Notes: generated by a model from the letters alone, not told the origin. A DNA stretch of 64,000 nucleotides from Acetobacter sp. (GCF_022483985.1 NZ_JAKVME010000003.1:9442-73441); one strand, 5' to 3'. Shown: positions 20,658 to 31,092, numbered from the stretch's first letter. Program-made: numbers and translations.

Positions 20658-22325
20658 TTACCACACAGATAGGCCGGAAAGTCGACTGAAAATCCAGTCC
20701 AGTTGAGTCTGTCGGAAATGCGTTCTGACCGAGACATCATGCGCTCCGAACTCCAGCACAGGACCAGAAGATGGCACATAACGCGGCCATGTCGGCGCCA
20801 GCTTCCCGGCATCCGGCGCACCCGTCTGTACAAAACTGACCCAGTACGCCATCATTTGTCTTGAAAGCTGGTGTACTTCTTTTTCACTATCCACTTCCTT
20901 TCCGGTCGATGAGCCCTCCTCTGTTACCTGATACGGCTGTGTGCCCTGATTAGTATAGGCTCTGGTCAGATTTCCAAAAACATAGGGGAGTTCAGAAGCA
21001 TGAGCCGCACCCGCACACCCTTCGGACTGCCAGCCCTGCCCCTTGATCGCGTGATCAAAATTATAAACCCATACGGATAGACCGCTGGTGGACCATGCCT
21101 GAGCCTGAAAGCGGACAGGTTCAGTCTCTATCCGGTCGGTCTGCGCTTCTCGGACAGCCATCTGGAGTGGGCCTGGATATAACCGTCGGAAAACCGGATC
21201 TGTATAGGAAGCAAAGGTAAAAAGGGCCAGCGCATCTGGCCCGTAAACACTAGCATCACAACTGGTACCCCCCACCATAAGGGTAACAGACAGCATTTTC
21301 CCTTGAGCGAGCAGATCCGGCAAAGATGCAGACAGCATCTGACCGTCCACTATCGGCATTGGCGTAGTGCGATCTATATCCTCAGGTGGATCATCCTCTA
21401 CAAGTGCGGACGCAGGCAAGGCACGCAGGGCCGCTGCCTGTTGAGCAGATGTTCCTTCAATCCCATGTCGGTGTGCATATTCAGCCCCTATGGCTTCGGC
21501 AGAACCTGCGCCTGTATTCAGTGGACGCCCAGCCCAACGTGGAAAACCTGACTGTGAAATAGCACGTGCAAATAATCCTTTTGCCGCAGGCATCACAGAC
21601 AGAAAATTGACAGACGCCCCTCCAGCACTCTGACCGACAAGAGTCACCTGAGAGGGATCACCGCCAAAACCTGCGATGTTGTCTTGCACCCAACGTAGGG
21701 CGGCCAACTGGTCCATCAATCCATAATTAGCCTGCCACTCCCCCTGCGACTGCATGGCAGAAAGAGCAGGATGCGCAAAAAAGCCAAGCCGACCGAGACG
21801 ATAGTTAAAACTGACAACAAGAATACCCTGCTGAGCCAGATGAGTACCGTCATACAGTGGTTCAGCCGAAGCACCTCCAATAAAAGCTCCCCCATGAATC
21901 CATACCATGACGGGCAGAAGCCGTGTGCGCTCACCAGAGAAACGGGTAGCGGGCCGCCAAATATTGAGTGTCAGACACGACTCACTTGTAGGAAGACCGC
22001 GGGCCGCCATGCGTTTAATCTGTAAACATGCTGGACCAAAATGCTTGGCGTCAATTTCTATCTTTCGTGCAGATTCCGGCAATAGCAAAGGTTCTGGAGG
22101 ACGCCAGCGCAAGGTGCCGACAGGAGGAACCGCATAAGGAATACCTTTAAAACTTTCTACTCCCATATCTGATACGCCCCTCACCAGACCATAACGGGTC
22201 TGAACCAAGGGTACGCCAGTATCCGCAGTAGCTATCTGGCATGAAAATGCCAGCACAACACCATGCAGAAAAAATCCGGAAAAAATTTTTATTCTTTCTG
22301 GTATTGCTTTTTCCTTAAACCTCAC
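20658..22325 (-). CDS. secreted type-B carboxylesterase (para-nitrobenzyl-esterase-like)
   Basis: Signal peptide ..SCQIATA. VWIHGGAFIGGA oxyanion region and GQSAGGASV nucleophile elbow. 555 aa. Confidence 0.85.
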   Translation of the reverse strand: MRFKEKAIPERIKIFSGFFLHGVVLAFSCQIATADTGVPLVQTRYGLVRGVSDMGVESFKGIPYAVPPVGTLRWRPPEPLLLPESARKIEIDAKHFGPACLQIKRMAARGLPTSESCLTLNIWRPATRFSGERTRLLPVMVWIHGGAFIGGASAEPLYDGTHLAQQGILVVSFNYRLGRLGFFAHPALSAMQSQGEWQANYGLMDQLAALRWVQDNIAGFGGDPSQVTLVGQSAGGASVNFLSVMPAAKGLFARAISQSGFPRWAGRPLNTGAGSAEAIGAEYAHRHGIEGTSAQQAAALRALPASALVEDDPPEDIDRTTPMPIVDGQMLSASLPDLLAQGKMLSVTLMVGGTSCDASVYGPDALALFTFASYTDPVFRRLYPGPLQMAVREAQTDRIETEPVRFQAQAWSTSGLSVWVYNFDHAIKGQGWQSEGCAGAAHASELPYVFGNLTRAYTNQGTQPYQVTEEGSSTGKEVDSEKEVHQLSRQMMAYWVSFVQTGAPDAGKLAPTWPRYVPSSGPVLEFGAHDVSVRTHFRQTQLDWIFSRLSGLSVW

Positions 22326-22352
22326 AATGGCATGCTCCTTGTCTGCTCGTTA

Positions 22353-22988
22353 TTATCCAGCACGCAGTGCCGCATAACGGGCCAGAGCATCAACCGCATA
22401 CGCGCTATCAATATTTGAGCCATGCTGCAGATATTCCATAGCTTCCAGCGCGGCCGTGTGCGCTCTGACACTTGAACCAGCGACGCAATCATGCACCACT
22501 CGACAATGATAATCGTGCTGATGACCATCTACAAACGTGTAGTGAATACACACATCTGTAAAACCCCCAATAAGAATAAGGGTCTCTGCCTTGACCGCCT
22601 TCAAAAGAATTTCAAGCTCCGTACCAAAAAAACATGAATACCGACGTTTCTGGATAACATAATCATCTTTTTTCAGACCTACGATATCAGACGCGATAGG
22701 TGTCCCGGGATTACCTTCCACACAATGCGGCCCCTCACTCCCATCCAGTTCACGACCAAAATCGATCATGGAAGCCCTATGAATTTCCTGAAAGAAAATG
22801 ACAGGAACATCCGCTGCACGCGCTGCATCGATAATTTTACGTGTCCGGGTCATGCGTTCGATCATGTCGGGCATGAGGGGCAGATGAAAATCAGGAGGGG
22901 GAGTCACAAACGATCCCTTCTGGATATCAATAGCCAGAACAACAGGATTTCCCACAATAAAAGGGTTATTTTTCTTCATTTTTACCAC
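22353..22988 (-). CDS. isochorismatase-family cysteine hydrolase (amidase-like), paralog 2
   Basis: LAIDIQKG.., KRRYSCFFGTELEILLK and GGFTDVCIHYTFVDG. Paralog of 17251..17895. Confidence 0.8.
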   Translation of the reverse strand: MVKMKKNNPFIVGNPVVLAIDIQKGSFVTPPPDFHLPLMPDMIERMTRTRKIIDAARAADVPVIFFQEIHRASMIDFGRELDGSEGPHCVEGNPGTPIASDIVGLKKDDYVIQKRRYSCFFGTELEILLKAVKAETLILIGGFTDVCIHYTFVDGHQHDYHCRVVHDCVAGSSVRAHTAALEAMEYLQHGSNIDSAYAVDALARYAALRAG

Positions 22989-23109
22989 AACATTTCTCTT
23001 TCAGGTAGTGCTTTTACACACTCAAAAGGTGCTGCCATCTCAGCCCGTTTCAAAACCACAATGAAACAGCATTTTTTGCATAACAGAGAGTGAGAGCGCC
23101 TTAGAAAAT

Positions 23110-25534
23110 TCAATAAGATGCACTTATTGTTCCAAAAAACTCGCGAACTGCACCACGCTGAAGCGATTGATAATCACCTGACACAGGAAAACCATTTTCA
23201 CCCATCATGGAGACGTATTTCTGGTTAAGCAGATTATAAACTGTAAAATTTACCTTGACATTTTTCAGAACAGATATCTTCCCGAAGTCATAAGAAGCGC
23301 CAGCACTTGTGAACCAGTACGGATGAACAGAAGTATCATTAACAAGAGAATAGTATCTCTTTGAAAAATAGTTAGCTGAAAAATTGGCCGAAAAACCCTG
23401 ATAATGAAAATCCATACCCGTCTTATAAATAATTGAAGGATAAGCAACCATTTTCTTGCCATATAGATCACAGTTGCCATCAAGCGGACAGGCATTAACG
23501 TGTGCACCATATGTCATGTGATTGTAGCTGATGGAATTCATAATCCCCAGCCATTTGAAAGGATAATAATTAAGAGAAGCATCAACTCCGTACATGGAAG
23601 CTTTCCGGCTGTCGATCACGGTTGAAACGGGATTGTTGATGCTTCCGACAGAAGCTGACAGCAGACGATGCGAAATATCCGCATGATACGCCGCAACAGA
23701 TGCCACAATTTTTTTACTGGTATAGCGGTAACCCACAACATAGACCCAATCTTTTTCCGGTCTGAGTTTGGAATGATTCTGCTCAAACAGGTCCTGAGTA
23801 GATACACCCCACGGTGAAGTATAGCTGCCTCTTGCCGCAACACTGTAAGGACGCATTGTTTCAGCCACGTCAAAATACAGTTCATGATGCTTCATAAAAC
23901 GCCAGACAAGATTAACGTTAGGCAGGAATGCTGCCGACGATGTCAAGGTTCCATGGGCAAGCTTGGAAAATCCAGCTTGAGCTCCACCCGATGTTGTCTG
24001 CAACATGGATTTAAATCCATAAGTTAGCTGCAGATTGTCCAAAGGCTTATATACATCCATCAAATGATACTGAAATGTATTTGTATTCCACTGATAATGA
24101 TAAATCGGGTAAAGGAGTCCGTACGTATCATATGGACCTGTGACTGAAACTGGCTTACCCTGTCCAAGGACAGGCTGATTGACAGCATTAAAAGCCGTTT
24201 CCTGTCTGTTGTTTTCAAACCAAACACCAGTTTCAATATGGTGCTTCCTATAATCATACGTAAAACTAGTTGTAAAACCACCGCGCTGCTGCTGAAGGTG
24301 CCATACATCCTCGGCCAATGGCGCACCCGTTGTAGAAGAGTCATACGGATCACCTACAACCGTATGTGTATCATCCTTATGACCATACAGAAGACCATGC
24401 CATTTCAGGCGATCGGTAATATCAATATCCAGATGCAAGCCGGTCAGATAGTCAACCGTAGCCTGTCCCGCATCATAAAAAGCCGTGCCATAGGTTGTTG
24501 AAACATTCTGCCACCCTGCAGGAAGCGCTCCTGCAGGAAGCGCTCCTGCAGCTCCGTTTGTCTGCCCCCATAAACCTGCCGCATACGCACCAGCATAATT
24601 GGGATAGAAATTGGCAGTTCTCCAGCCAATTTTATCCAACATTTCCAGAGAATTATCGGAATAGTTCCATACTTCCGCATTTGACCAGTTGAAAAACAAT
24701 GACATTCTTGCGCGTTCACCCAAAGGCTGCACAAGCTTACTGTCAACATTCTGCATAAAATCGGGGCTGGAACTGTTGTATTTTTTTTCATATGCCCGCG
24801 CATAGGAAACAAAGAATTTCGTACCTTCTTTATTTAACCTTCCACTATCCAGACGGACATATGTTCTCTTCATACCGTAACTACCAAACCCTTGAGAAAC
24901 CTTGGCACCAGCAACATCCTCAGGATCCTTTACGGACATTTGCATGGAACCACCAAGATTACTATTAGACGGCAGAGACACCCCCCCCAGCACCAACTGA
25001 AAGTGATACCCGGCCAATGTCATCAGAAATCACGGCATTGTTGATATTCAGACCATTGAGATTAGCATAAGTCTGATCATTCAATGGGATACCATCCAGT
25101 GTCACACCAAGCTGGTTCTGGCTGAAACCTCGGATACGGATACTGGATGACCATCCATCTATTCCAAGCGGATCGGATGAGCTGTAGCTAGTTCCCGGAA
25201 GCTGTCCTAGAGCCTTAAGAATATTCTGTCCCGGCACCTCATTCTGCATGATCCGACGCTCAAGCTTCATATCGCTTCCGGTCTGCATATAACGCTGAGA
25301 ACCAGTAACCTTCAGCTCCTCAGTCTGATGAGAGATGGCTGCATGATGTATTTTTTTGCTCTGATGAACTGCGCGCGGTATAATGCTTTTTTTTACAGGC
25401 GTCTTAGCATCAAGATGAGCCGTTTTTCCCTCAGCCTTCGCAGAAGCGCTCCATGCACACATTGAATATACAAGCAAAAAACTCAATTTCACTAAAAATA
25501 CAGAACTTTGCTTTTCCGAGAATACACCTCTCAC
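23110..25534 (-). pseudogene. TonB-dependent outer-membrane receptor, reading frame broken at a G8 (plus-strand C8) tract
   Basis: ORF 24965..25534 encodes the signal peptide and plug (IRIRGFSQNQLGVTLDGIPLND). ORF 23110..25023 encodes the beta-barrel, ending in aromatic Y. The two frames overlap at cccccccc 24981-24988, and removing one base fuses them (..SVGAGGVSLPSNS..). Confidence 0.85.
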
Positions 25535-25681
25535 TGCGGCTCTCCCTCACTGCCCTCTCTACATACAGTGAAGATTTTGTTTCGGATTAAAAATAACTTA
25601 TGAGGAAATTTTATTTTCCTTTTTTGTAAAGTTGACCACTCAGGAGCCTCTATTTTGAATCTTTTTTGAGCCTCCGGAAAT

Positions 25682-25870
25682 ACTCTAGGGCGTGTTGTCA
25701 GTTAATTCCGATGATGGCGGAAACGAGTTGCACTGCTGCGAGGAATGTTGATTTCAGCTTGTCGTAGCGTGTTGCAATGCCTCTGAACTGCTTCAGCCTG
25801 GCGAAGAAGCGTCCAATGATGTTTCTGTTTTTGTAGAGCTGGAAGCTGATTTTCTGTGGATTGTGTGCTT
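25682..25870 (-). mobile_element. IS5-family (IS427/IS1031-like) element, 3' end only
   Basis: The minus strand translates to ..KNRNIIGRFFARLKQFRGIATRYDKLKSTFLAAVQLVSAIIGIN*, a typical transposase C-terminus. The terminal repeat actctagggcgtgttgtcagtta at 25682 matches the one at 47859. Confidence 0.75.
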
Positions 25871-25886
25871 GTCGTTCTGGTCAGAA

Positions 25887-26185
25887 TTATCCGCGCGGTG
25901 CCAGCGCTTCGATATCCACTGCCTCGCAGCACTGATTCTTGCGGTAAACGAAAGCGAGAAGCGTGCTGACCTGTTTCATAAAAAACCCGAGATTCCGTGC
26001 CAGCCGGATGAAGCTCAGGCTACTACGTTGGCGCGTGTGATATCGGTCATTCGGCGTGTACCGAGCTTTGGTACGATGAACAGATCGACCGAACGGCGAT
26101 ATTCTGCCTGCATCGTGGGTTTAAGATGAACTTCGACGTGACGTTCCATGAAAGTCTTGCCGAACTGTTTGAAGGACTGAAACCC
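25887..26185 (-). pseudogene. two gene scraps: MerR-like fragment (about 25887-26025) and tyrosine-integrase N-terminal fragment (about 26028-26185)
   Basis: Minus-strand translations: LSFIRLARNLGFFMKQVSTLLAF.. (MerR effector-helix-like) and FKQFGKTFMERHVEVHLKPTMQAEYRRSVDLFIVPKLGTRRMTDITRANVVA* (integrase SAM-like N-domain). Confidence 0.5.
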
Positions 26186-26197
26186 AGCCTATCACTA

Positions 26198-27016
26198 TTA
26201 TGGCGACGATACCTTAAAACCATTCAAACGGGCTGAAGAAATAAGAACGAGATCAGCCTCCCGTGCAAGACGCAGGGCGAACGCTGTCGGAGAAGACAGA
26301 GCCACAACGGCACCGATTCCCGCCGTTATGGCCTTGGCGACCATCTCGTAGGAACAACGGCTGGTGAGCACGCAGAAGCCTCGGCTTAAATCGACCTCGC
26401 GACGCAAACTGAGGCCTATGAGCTTATCAAGGGCATTATGTCGCCCCACATCCTCACGGATATGGAGGATATGTCCATCCTCCCGGCACCAGGCTGCCGC
26501 ATGAAGCATACCGACGCCTTTATTCAGCACCTGATGAGCACGAATATTTTCCAGAACTCTGCGCACGGAGGCAGGCGATGGCTCACTCCCGGTAACCGTC
26601 CTGACGGAATGGTGCATCAGGCTTTCCTCATCCGCCCCGCAGACTCCACATCCGGTGCGGCCTGCGATCGGGCGGCGACTGCGTGACAGCACTTTTCGCA
26701 TTGCCTCCGGGCCGACCTGAATCTCCGCCTTCAGACCATTTATGCTTCTGCTGACTGCGATCTGCCGCAACTCCGTAACGGACGTGATGATTCCCTCTGT
26801 CAGGGAAAAGCCAGTAACGAAATCCTCCACATCATGAGGGGTAATCATCATGACAGCGTAATCCATGCCGCCATAAATCAGTGACAGCGGCACTTCGTCC
26901 GCAACCACAAGGTCTTTCTGCTCGCGGATGACATCATCACAATCAGCACCTTCCTGCCATCTGACCTGCTGAACACTGTAAATATGTGAAACGGGCAGGA
27001 GCGTATTCTCACTCAT
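26198..27016 (-). CDS. fdhD: formate dehydrogenase accessory sulfurtransferase FdhD
   Basis: 272 aa with the GRTGCGVCG motif and C-terminal SSPTAFALRLA. Located in the fdh cluster. Confidence 0.9.
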   Translation of the reverse strand: MSENTLLPVSHIYSVQQVRWQEGADCDDVIREQKDLVVADEVPLSLIYGGMDYAVMMITPHDVEDFVTGFSLTEGIITSVTELRQIAVSRSINGLKAEIQVGPEAMRKVLSRSRRPIAGRTGCGVCGADEESLMHHSVRTVTGSEPSPASVRRVLENIRAHQVLNKGVGMLHAAAWCREDGHILHIREDVGRHNALDKLIGLSLRREVDLSRGFCVLTSRCSYEMVAKAITAGIGAVVALSSPTAFALRLAREADLVLISSARLNGFKVSSP

Positions 27017-27624
27017 GGGTTCCGGCTTTCTGTTTCGTTCCGGTTCTGAGCCGCGATCAGATCCTCAGGCGTATTGATGTTCATGAACGGATCTCCGCCG
27101 CTCAGACGACCGAAATCCACGGCGCGTGCGGCAATGGAACGGGCCAGTGTGCGGACACGCGTGTTGCGCTTTTTTGCCTCACCGACGGCGTCAGCCAGTT
27201 GCCGGGCCAGTATGGAACGGCACGAAACCGGCCACGCCGCAACGAGCGGATGCTCCTCGCCGTTCCAACTGGCGAAACTCGGGGCCGGAAGCAGAGAAAT
27301 GACCAGATCGGAAGGGATGAACGGCGTATCGACCGGCACAGTGACCAGTGTGTCGTAGCCACTGGTTTCTGCCCACTCCAGTCCACTGAGAAGACCGGCC
27401 AGCGGACCGATATCGTGCAGACGATCAGCCAGTACCGGACACGACCACTCCCTGAAACGGGACGAATCTCCGTTCGCACTGATGGCAATGGCAGCACACT
27501 GCCTGTGCAGGCGTGAAAACACATGTGTCAGGGAATTTATGCCATTGATATCGAGAAAAGCCTTATCCCGACCCTGCATACGGCTTCCCTGCCCCCCTGC
27601 CAGCACAAGCCCTGCCGTCGACAT
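27013..27624 (-). CDS. mobA: molybdenum cofactor guanylyltransferase MobA
   Basis: GLVLAGGQGSRMQGRDKAFL N-terminus. ATG at 27624 is preceded by gagggga. The stop overlaps the fdhD start. Confidence 0.85.
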   Translation of the reverse strand: MSTAGLVLAGGQGSRMQGRDKAFLDINGINSLTHVFSRLHRQCAAIAISANGDSSRFREWSCPVLADRLHDIGPLAGLLSGLEWAETSGYDTLVTVPVDTPFIPSDLVISLLPAPSFASWNGEEHPLVAAWPVSCRSILARQLADAVGEAKKRNTRVRTLARSIAARAVDFGRLSGGDPFMNINTPEDLIAAQNRNETESRNP

Positions 27625-27707
27625 CTCATTCCCCTCATCATTCTGTCGGTCACTGGTTTTCGCCAGAGAACTGGTTACAATAAATCCTGAAACCCGCTGC
27701 AAAAATA

Positions 27708-28247
27708 TTGAGTGCGTTTATGCAATTCCGTCGTACACAATCCGTTTTCGGCATTATCGGTCGCAGCGGCTCCGGAAAAACCACACTGATCACCCGTCTT
27801 CTTCCTGTCTTCAGGCAGGCAGGGTTGCGCGTCTCGACCATTAAACACACACATCATGGTGTGGATATGGACCAGCCCGGAAAGGATACGTTCCTGCACC
27901 GGGAAAACGGCGCGCATGAGGTGATGCTGGCAACACCCGGACGATGGGTGCTCCAGCATGAAACACCTGAGGTGCCCGCTCTGGAAACTCTGGTGCAGGC
28001 TATGTGTCCGGTGGATCTGATTCTGGTTGAGGGATTCCATGCAACCGTCCCGGCCTGCCTGGAAGTATGGCGTCCCGAAATCGGGAAGGCTCCGCTGTTC
28101 CCGGATACACTCTCAGTCACTCTTGTCGCGACGGACAGCACGTCTCTCCCCGAATGCCGATCTGGTCTGGAATTCATACAGCTTGACGATATCGCCGGGA
28201 TTGCCGCCTTCATAACAGCCCATGCGGCGACGATAACACCGGAATAG
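27708..28247 (+). CDS. mobB: molybdopterin-guanine dinucleotide biosynthesis adaptor MobB
   Basis: Walker A GIIGRSGSGKTTL, then STIKHTHHGVDMDQPGKD. TTG start at 27708, or ATG at 27720. Confidence 0.85.
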   Translation: MSAFMQFRRTQSVFGIIGRSGSGKTTLITRLLPVFRQAGLRVSTIKHTHHGVDMDQPGKDTFLHRENGAHEVMLATPGRWVLQHETPEVPALETLVQAMCPVDLILVEGFHATVPACLEVWRPEIGKAPLFPDTLSVTLVATDSTSLPECRSGLEFIQLDDIAGIAAFITAHAATITPE

Positions 28248-28266
28248 GAATAGTCCGGCGCCACGA

Positions 28267-29484
28267 TTAAATGCCTGTGAAAGGCAGCATATCGCACTCC
28301 TGACCGATTTCCAGAGACTGCCCGGCATCGATCTGTACGAGCCCGTCTGCATGTGTGAGGCACGAAATGTCCGAGGCTCCGACAGAGGGGACGAGGTTGA
28401 AAAACGCTCCCTCTCCCGGTTTTTGTGCAATACTGACAGGAAGAAAGCATGTGGCCTGAGCAGGAGCGGTGTAGGTGAATGCGCTGCGGCCACGCACCGG
28501 CCAGATGTTCTCCGGAGTTCCCGATGCTCTGGACAGCGCCCGCAGACAGGGCAGCACAAAAAGCTGTGCACAGAACGCTGCGGCTCCGGGATTACCCGGC
28601 AGGCAGAAAACGATTTTTCCACCGAGACGCATCACCGTAACCGGCTTGCCGGGGCGCATGCTCACCCGCCGGAAGACGCACGAAGCTCCCATTTCCAGAA
28701 GAACAGCCAGAACGTGGTCTGTATCGCCGACGGATATGCCGCCCGTGGTCACGATAACATCAGACTGCCCAAGATATCTGACGAGAGCCTCACGGAGTTC
28801 TTCTTTGCTGTCGGATGCGGCAACCAGCCGTGTGACGTGCACGGTCCCGCTGCGCATCATCGCAGCCAGCATGTGGGTGTTGAGTTCTGTCCGGCCATCC
28901 CCGGCCTGCTCACCGAACTCAGCGCCGTTTGCCAGTATGCTCACCGTAACGGGCCGGTAAACCTCTACATCCGTCATACCCTGACTGAGCAGCAGAGGCA
29001 TATGCCGCCAGTCGAGACCTTGCCCGCGCCGGAGAAGGCGCTTGCCCGGAGAAAATTCCTCTCCCTTACGGCGGATGTTAAGCCCTTTCCCTGTGACTGG
29101 CTTTGTCAGCGTCACATGATTCTGCTGCAGCACTGTATATTCCCGTGCCACAACGCAATCCGCACCTTCGGGAATTCGTGCTCCGGTCAGAATAATACTG
29201 GCCGTTCCGTGCAAAAGCGCTGCTGGACAATCTCCCGCTGCAACATAGCCCACAACCGGCAGACCGGCCTGTCCCGCCTTTTGCATCTCCTCAGAATGAA
29301 ATGCATAGCCATCCATTGCCGAAATATCAGCTTCTGGTCGGGCAGTTACCGCATACACATCCTGAGCAAGAACGCGTCCAGCCGCCTCGGAGACAGGAAT
29401 ACGCTCGCCTCTGACAGGCGTCAGATCATGCAGCGCGGCGGCAAGAAGAGCCTGCGCCGTGTCGTAATCGACCATTGAAGGCAT
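28267..29484 (-). CDS. moeA: molybdopterin molybdenumtransferase MoeA
   Basis: MoeA-type sequence (DISAMDGYA, TTGGISVGDTDH, LPGNPGAA). I chose the start at 29484 (MPSMVDYDTAQ) so that it lies downstream of the fdhE stop. Confidence 0.85.
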   Translation of the reverse strand: MPSMVDYDTAQALLAAALHDLTPVRGERIPVSEAAGRVLAQDVYAVTARPEADISAMDGYAFHSEEMQKAGQAGLPVVGYVAAGDCPAALLHGTASIILTGARIPEGADCVVAREYTVLQQNHVTLTKPVTGKGLNIRRKGEEFSPGKRLLRRGQGLDWRHMPLLLSQGMTDVEVYRPVTVSILANGAEFGEQAGDGRTELNTHMLAAMMRSGTVHVTRLVAASDSKEELREALVRYLGQSDVIVTTGGISVGDTDHVLAVLLEMGASCVFRRVSMRPGKPVTVMRLGGKIVFCLPGNPGAAAFCAQLFVLPCLRALSRASGTPENIWPVRGRSAFTYTAPAQATCFLPVSIAQKPGEGAFFNLVPSVGASDISCLTHADGLVQIDAGQSLEIGQECDMLPFTGI

Positions 29485-29536
29485 ACAAGACTGTGGTTCT
29501 TGGGCGGGACTCACGATATTTCCGACCGGCTGTGGA

Positions 29537-30436
29537 TCAGACGGGGAAGGAAAACGGGTTGAGGCCAGCACGGCTGAAGCCTTCCGCCTGCACCAGCGCG
29601 TCGAGCGTGAATCCTCCCAGATCATCGGCGACGACTTCAAGGTCAGGGTCATAATCGAGACGGATCACTTTCAGATAGGTTCCGCAATCTCCACATGCCT
29701 CGGCCTGTGTGGCGGACTTCAGATCGTCGAGCGTAAAATGTTCCAGCTTGCTGGAAGCCCCGCAACTGACGCAGAGACCGCGGACCCGATGCCAGCGTGT
29801 CTCGCACAGACTGCACTGCAGATAGCGCAGCCCCTCGCGGTCTCCGCCAAGGACGACGCTCCCTGACGGAGGGGCGCCACAACACGGACATGCCGCAACC
29901 TGACCGCCTTTTGCGGACTGGCTGAAAAACGCCACTGTCTGTGCCCAGCAGACAGACAGCGCAGCCCACAGCACAACGGACAGACCGGCATCGACCGTGG
30001 CGTAATCTCCCCGCAGAAGCTGCGCCGCCTGTCGGCTCAGGGCTAATACCGACTGCTGTGAGGCTTCCATTGCAGCCTGCGCGGAAAGAGGCAGAACCGG
30101 CAGAAGTTCCTGAACCAGTTCCGCGAAGACTGTCCGCCAGACAGCTATCTCTTCAAGCTTCTGCTCCAGGTCCGGCTGGGCGTAGCCGTGCTGAATGAGA
30201 GCATGGATGGCCGTCGCATCCGCTTCACTGAGCAGCATCCTGCCTACGAGGCTCTGCTGTATCCCGACCAGACGGGACAGAAAGCGAAAATACTCTCCCT
30301 GTTCGCCAGCGAGCGCATTCAGCCTTCTGATGCGGCGGGCGTAAAGCCGGTCCGGCTGAGGAAAGATCAGTTCCTCAATCGCCGGAACGCCCGGAGTCCG
30401 CTTGTCCAGCGGGACAACATCAGAGTCCCTGTGCAT
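29537..30436 (-). CDS. fdhE: formate dehydrogenase accessory protein FdhE
   Basis: Four CxxC pairs (CPCCG, CSLCETRWH, CVSCG, CGDCGTYLK), as in FdhE. Confidence 0.9.
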   Translation of the reverse strand: MHRDSDVVPLDKRTPGVPAIEELIFPQPDRLYARRIRRLNALAGEQGEYFRFLSRLVGIQQSLVGRMLLSEADATAIHALIQHGYAQPDLEQKLEEIAVWRTVFAELVQELLPVLPLSAQAAMEASQQSVLALSRQAAQLLRGDYATVDAGLSVVLWAALSVCWAQTVAFFSQSAKGGQVAACPCCGAPPSGSVVLGGDREGLRYLQCSLCETRWHRVRGLCVSCGASSKLEHFTLDDLKSATQAEACGDCGTYLKVIRLDYDPDLEVVADDLGGFTLDALVQAEGFSRAGLNPFSFPV

Positions 30437-31092
30437 CAGGAATGCCGTTTCACGGAGGTTTCCTCCTCAGAGAGGACTTCCTCAGCATACCAGCGATCAT
30501 GATGCTGGCGCGCCCATGCGCGGGAAACATAGCCTGTGATCATGCCGCCGATCGAGCCACGGACCCAGATGCCCATATAGATATGCCCGAGCACCAGAAG
30601 AATGAGCGCAAGAGCCGCCGCCGAGTGCGCCAGAAGCGCCAGCCGGATGACCGGGATCGGGAAATACATCGCGAAATAGGCCCGCCAGATCACCAGTCCT
30701 GTAACGAACAGTGCGCTGATCAGGGTCATGATGCCCCAGAAGAGAATTTTCTGCCCGGCATTATATTTACCGATCAGGAGCTTCTCACCGTGACGGTTCA
30801 TCAGCACGTCGAAAACATGACGGAACCAGACCCCGTCCGTCCGTACGGGCATATTATGGTGCACGAAGCGCACGAACATGCACATCAGCAACAGGAAAAC
30901 CACCACACCGAGGAAAGGATGCAGGATACGCGCCAGTTGTGGCGGTCCGAGAACGCTGCCCAGCCAGTGCAGGCTGGGGAAGAACCACGAGAGTCCGGAC
31001 ATGGCGACAAGAAAGAAACACGCCACCATCGTCCAGTGAAGCAGGCGATCGCCAAACTTCGTGCGCAGAATGCGACCGGAATTATCCATCAC
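30436..31092 (-). CDS. fdoI: formate dehydrogenase cytochrome b556 (gamma) subunit
   Basis: 218 aa and 4 TM with conserved His residues. Follows the beta subunit with an overlapping stop/start. Confidence 0.85.
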   Translation of the reverse strand: MMDNSGRILRTKFGDRLLHWTMVACFFLVAMSGLSWFFPSLHWLGSVLGPPQLARILHPFLGVVVFLLLMCMFVRFVHHNMPVRTDGVWFRHVFDVLMNRHGEKLLIGKYNAGQKILFWGIMTLISALFVTGLVIWRAYFAMYFPIPVIRLALLAHSAAALALILLVLGHIYMGIWVRGSIGGMITGYVSRAWARQHHDRWYAEEVLSEEETSVKRHS

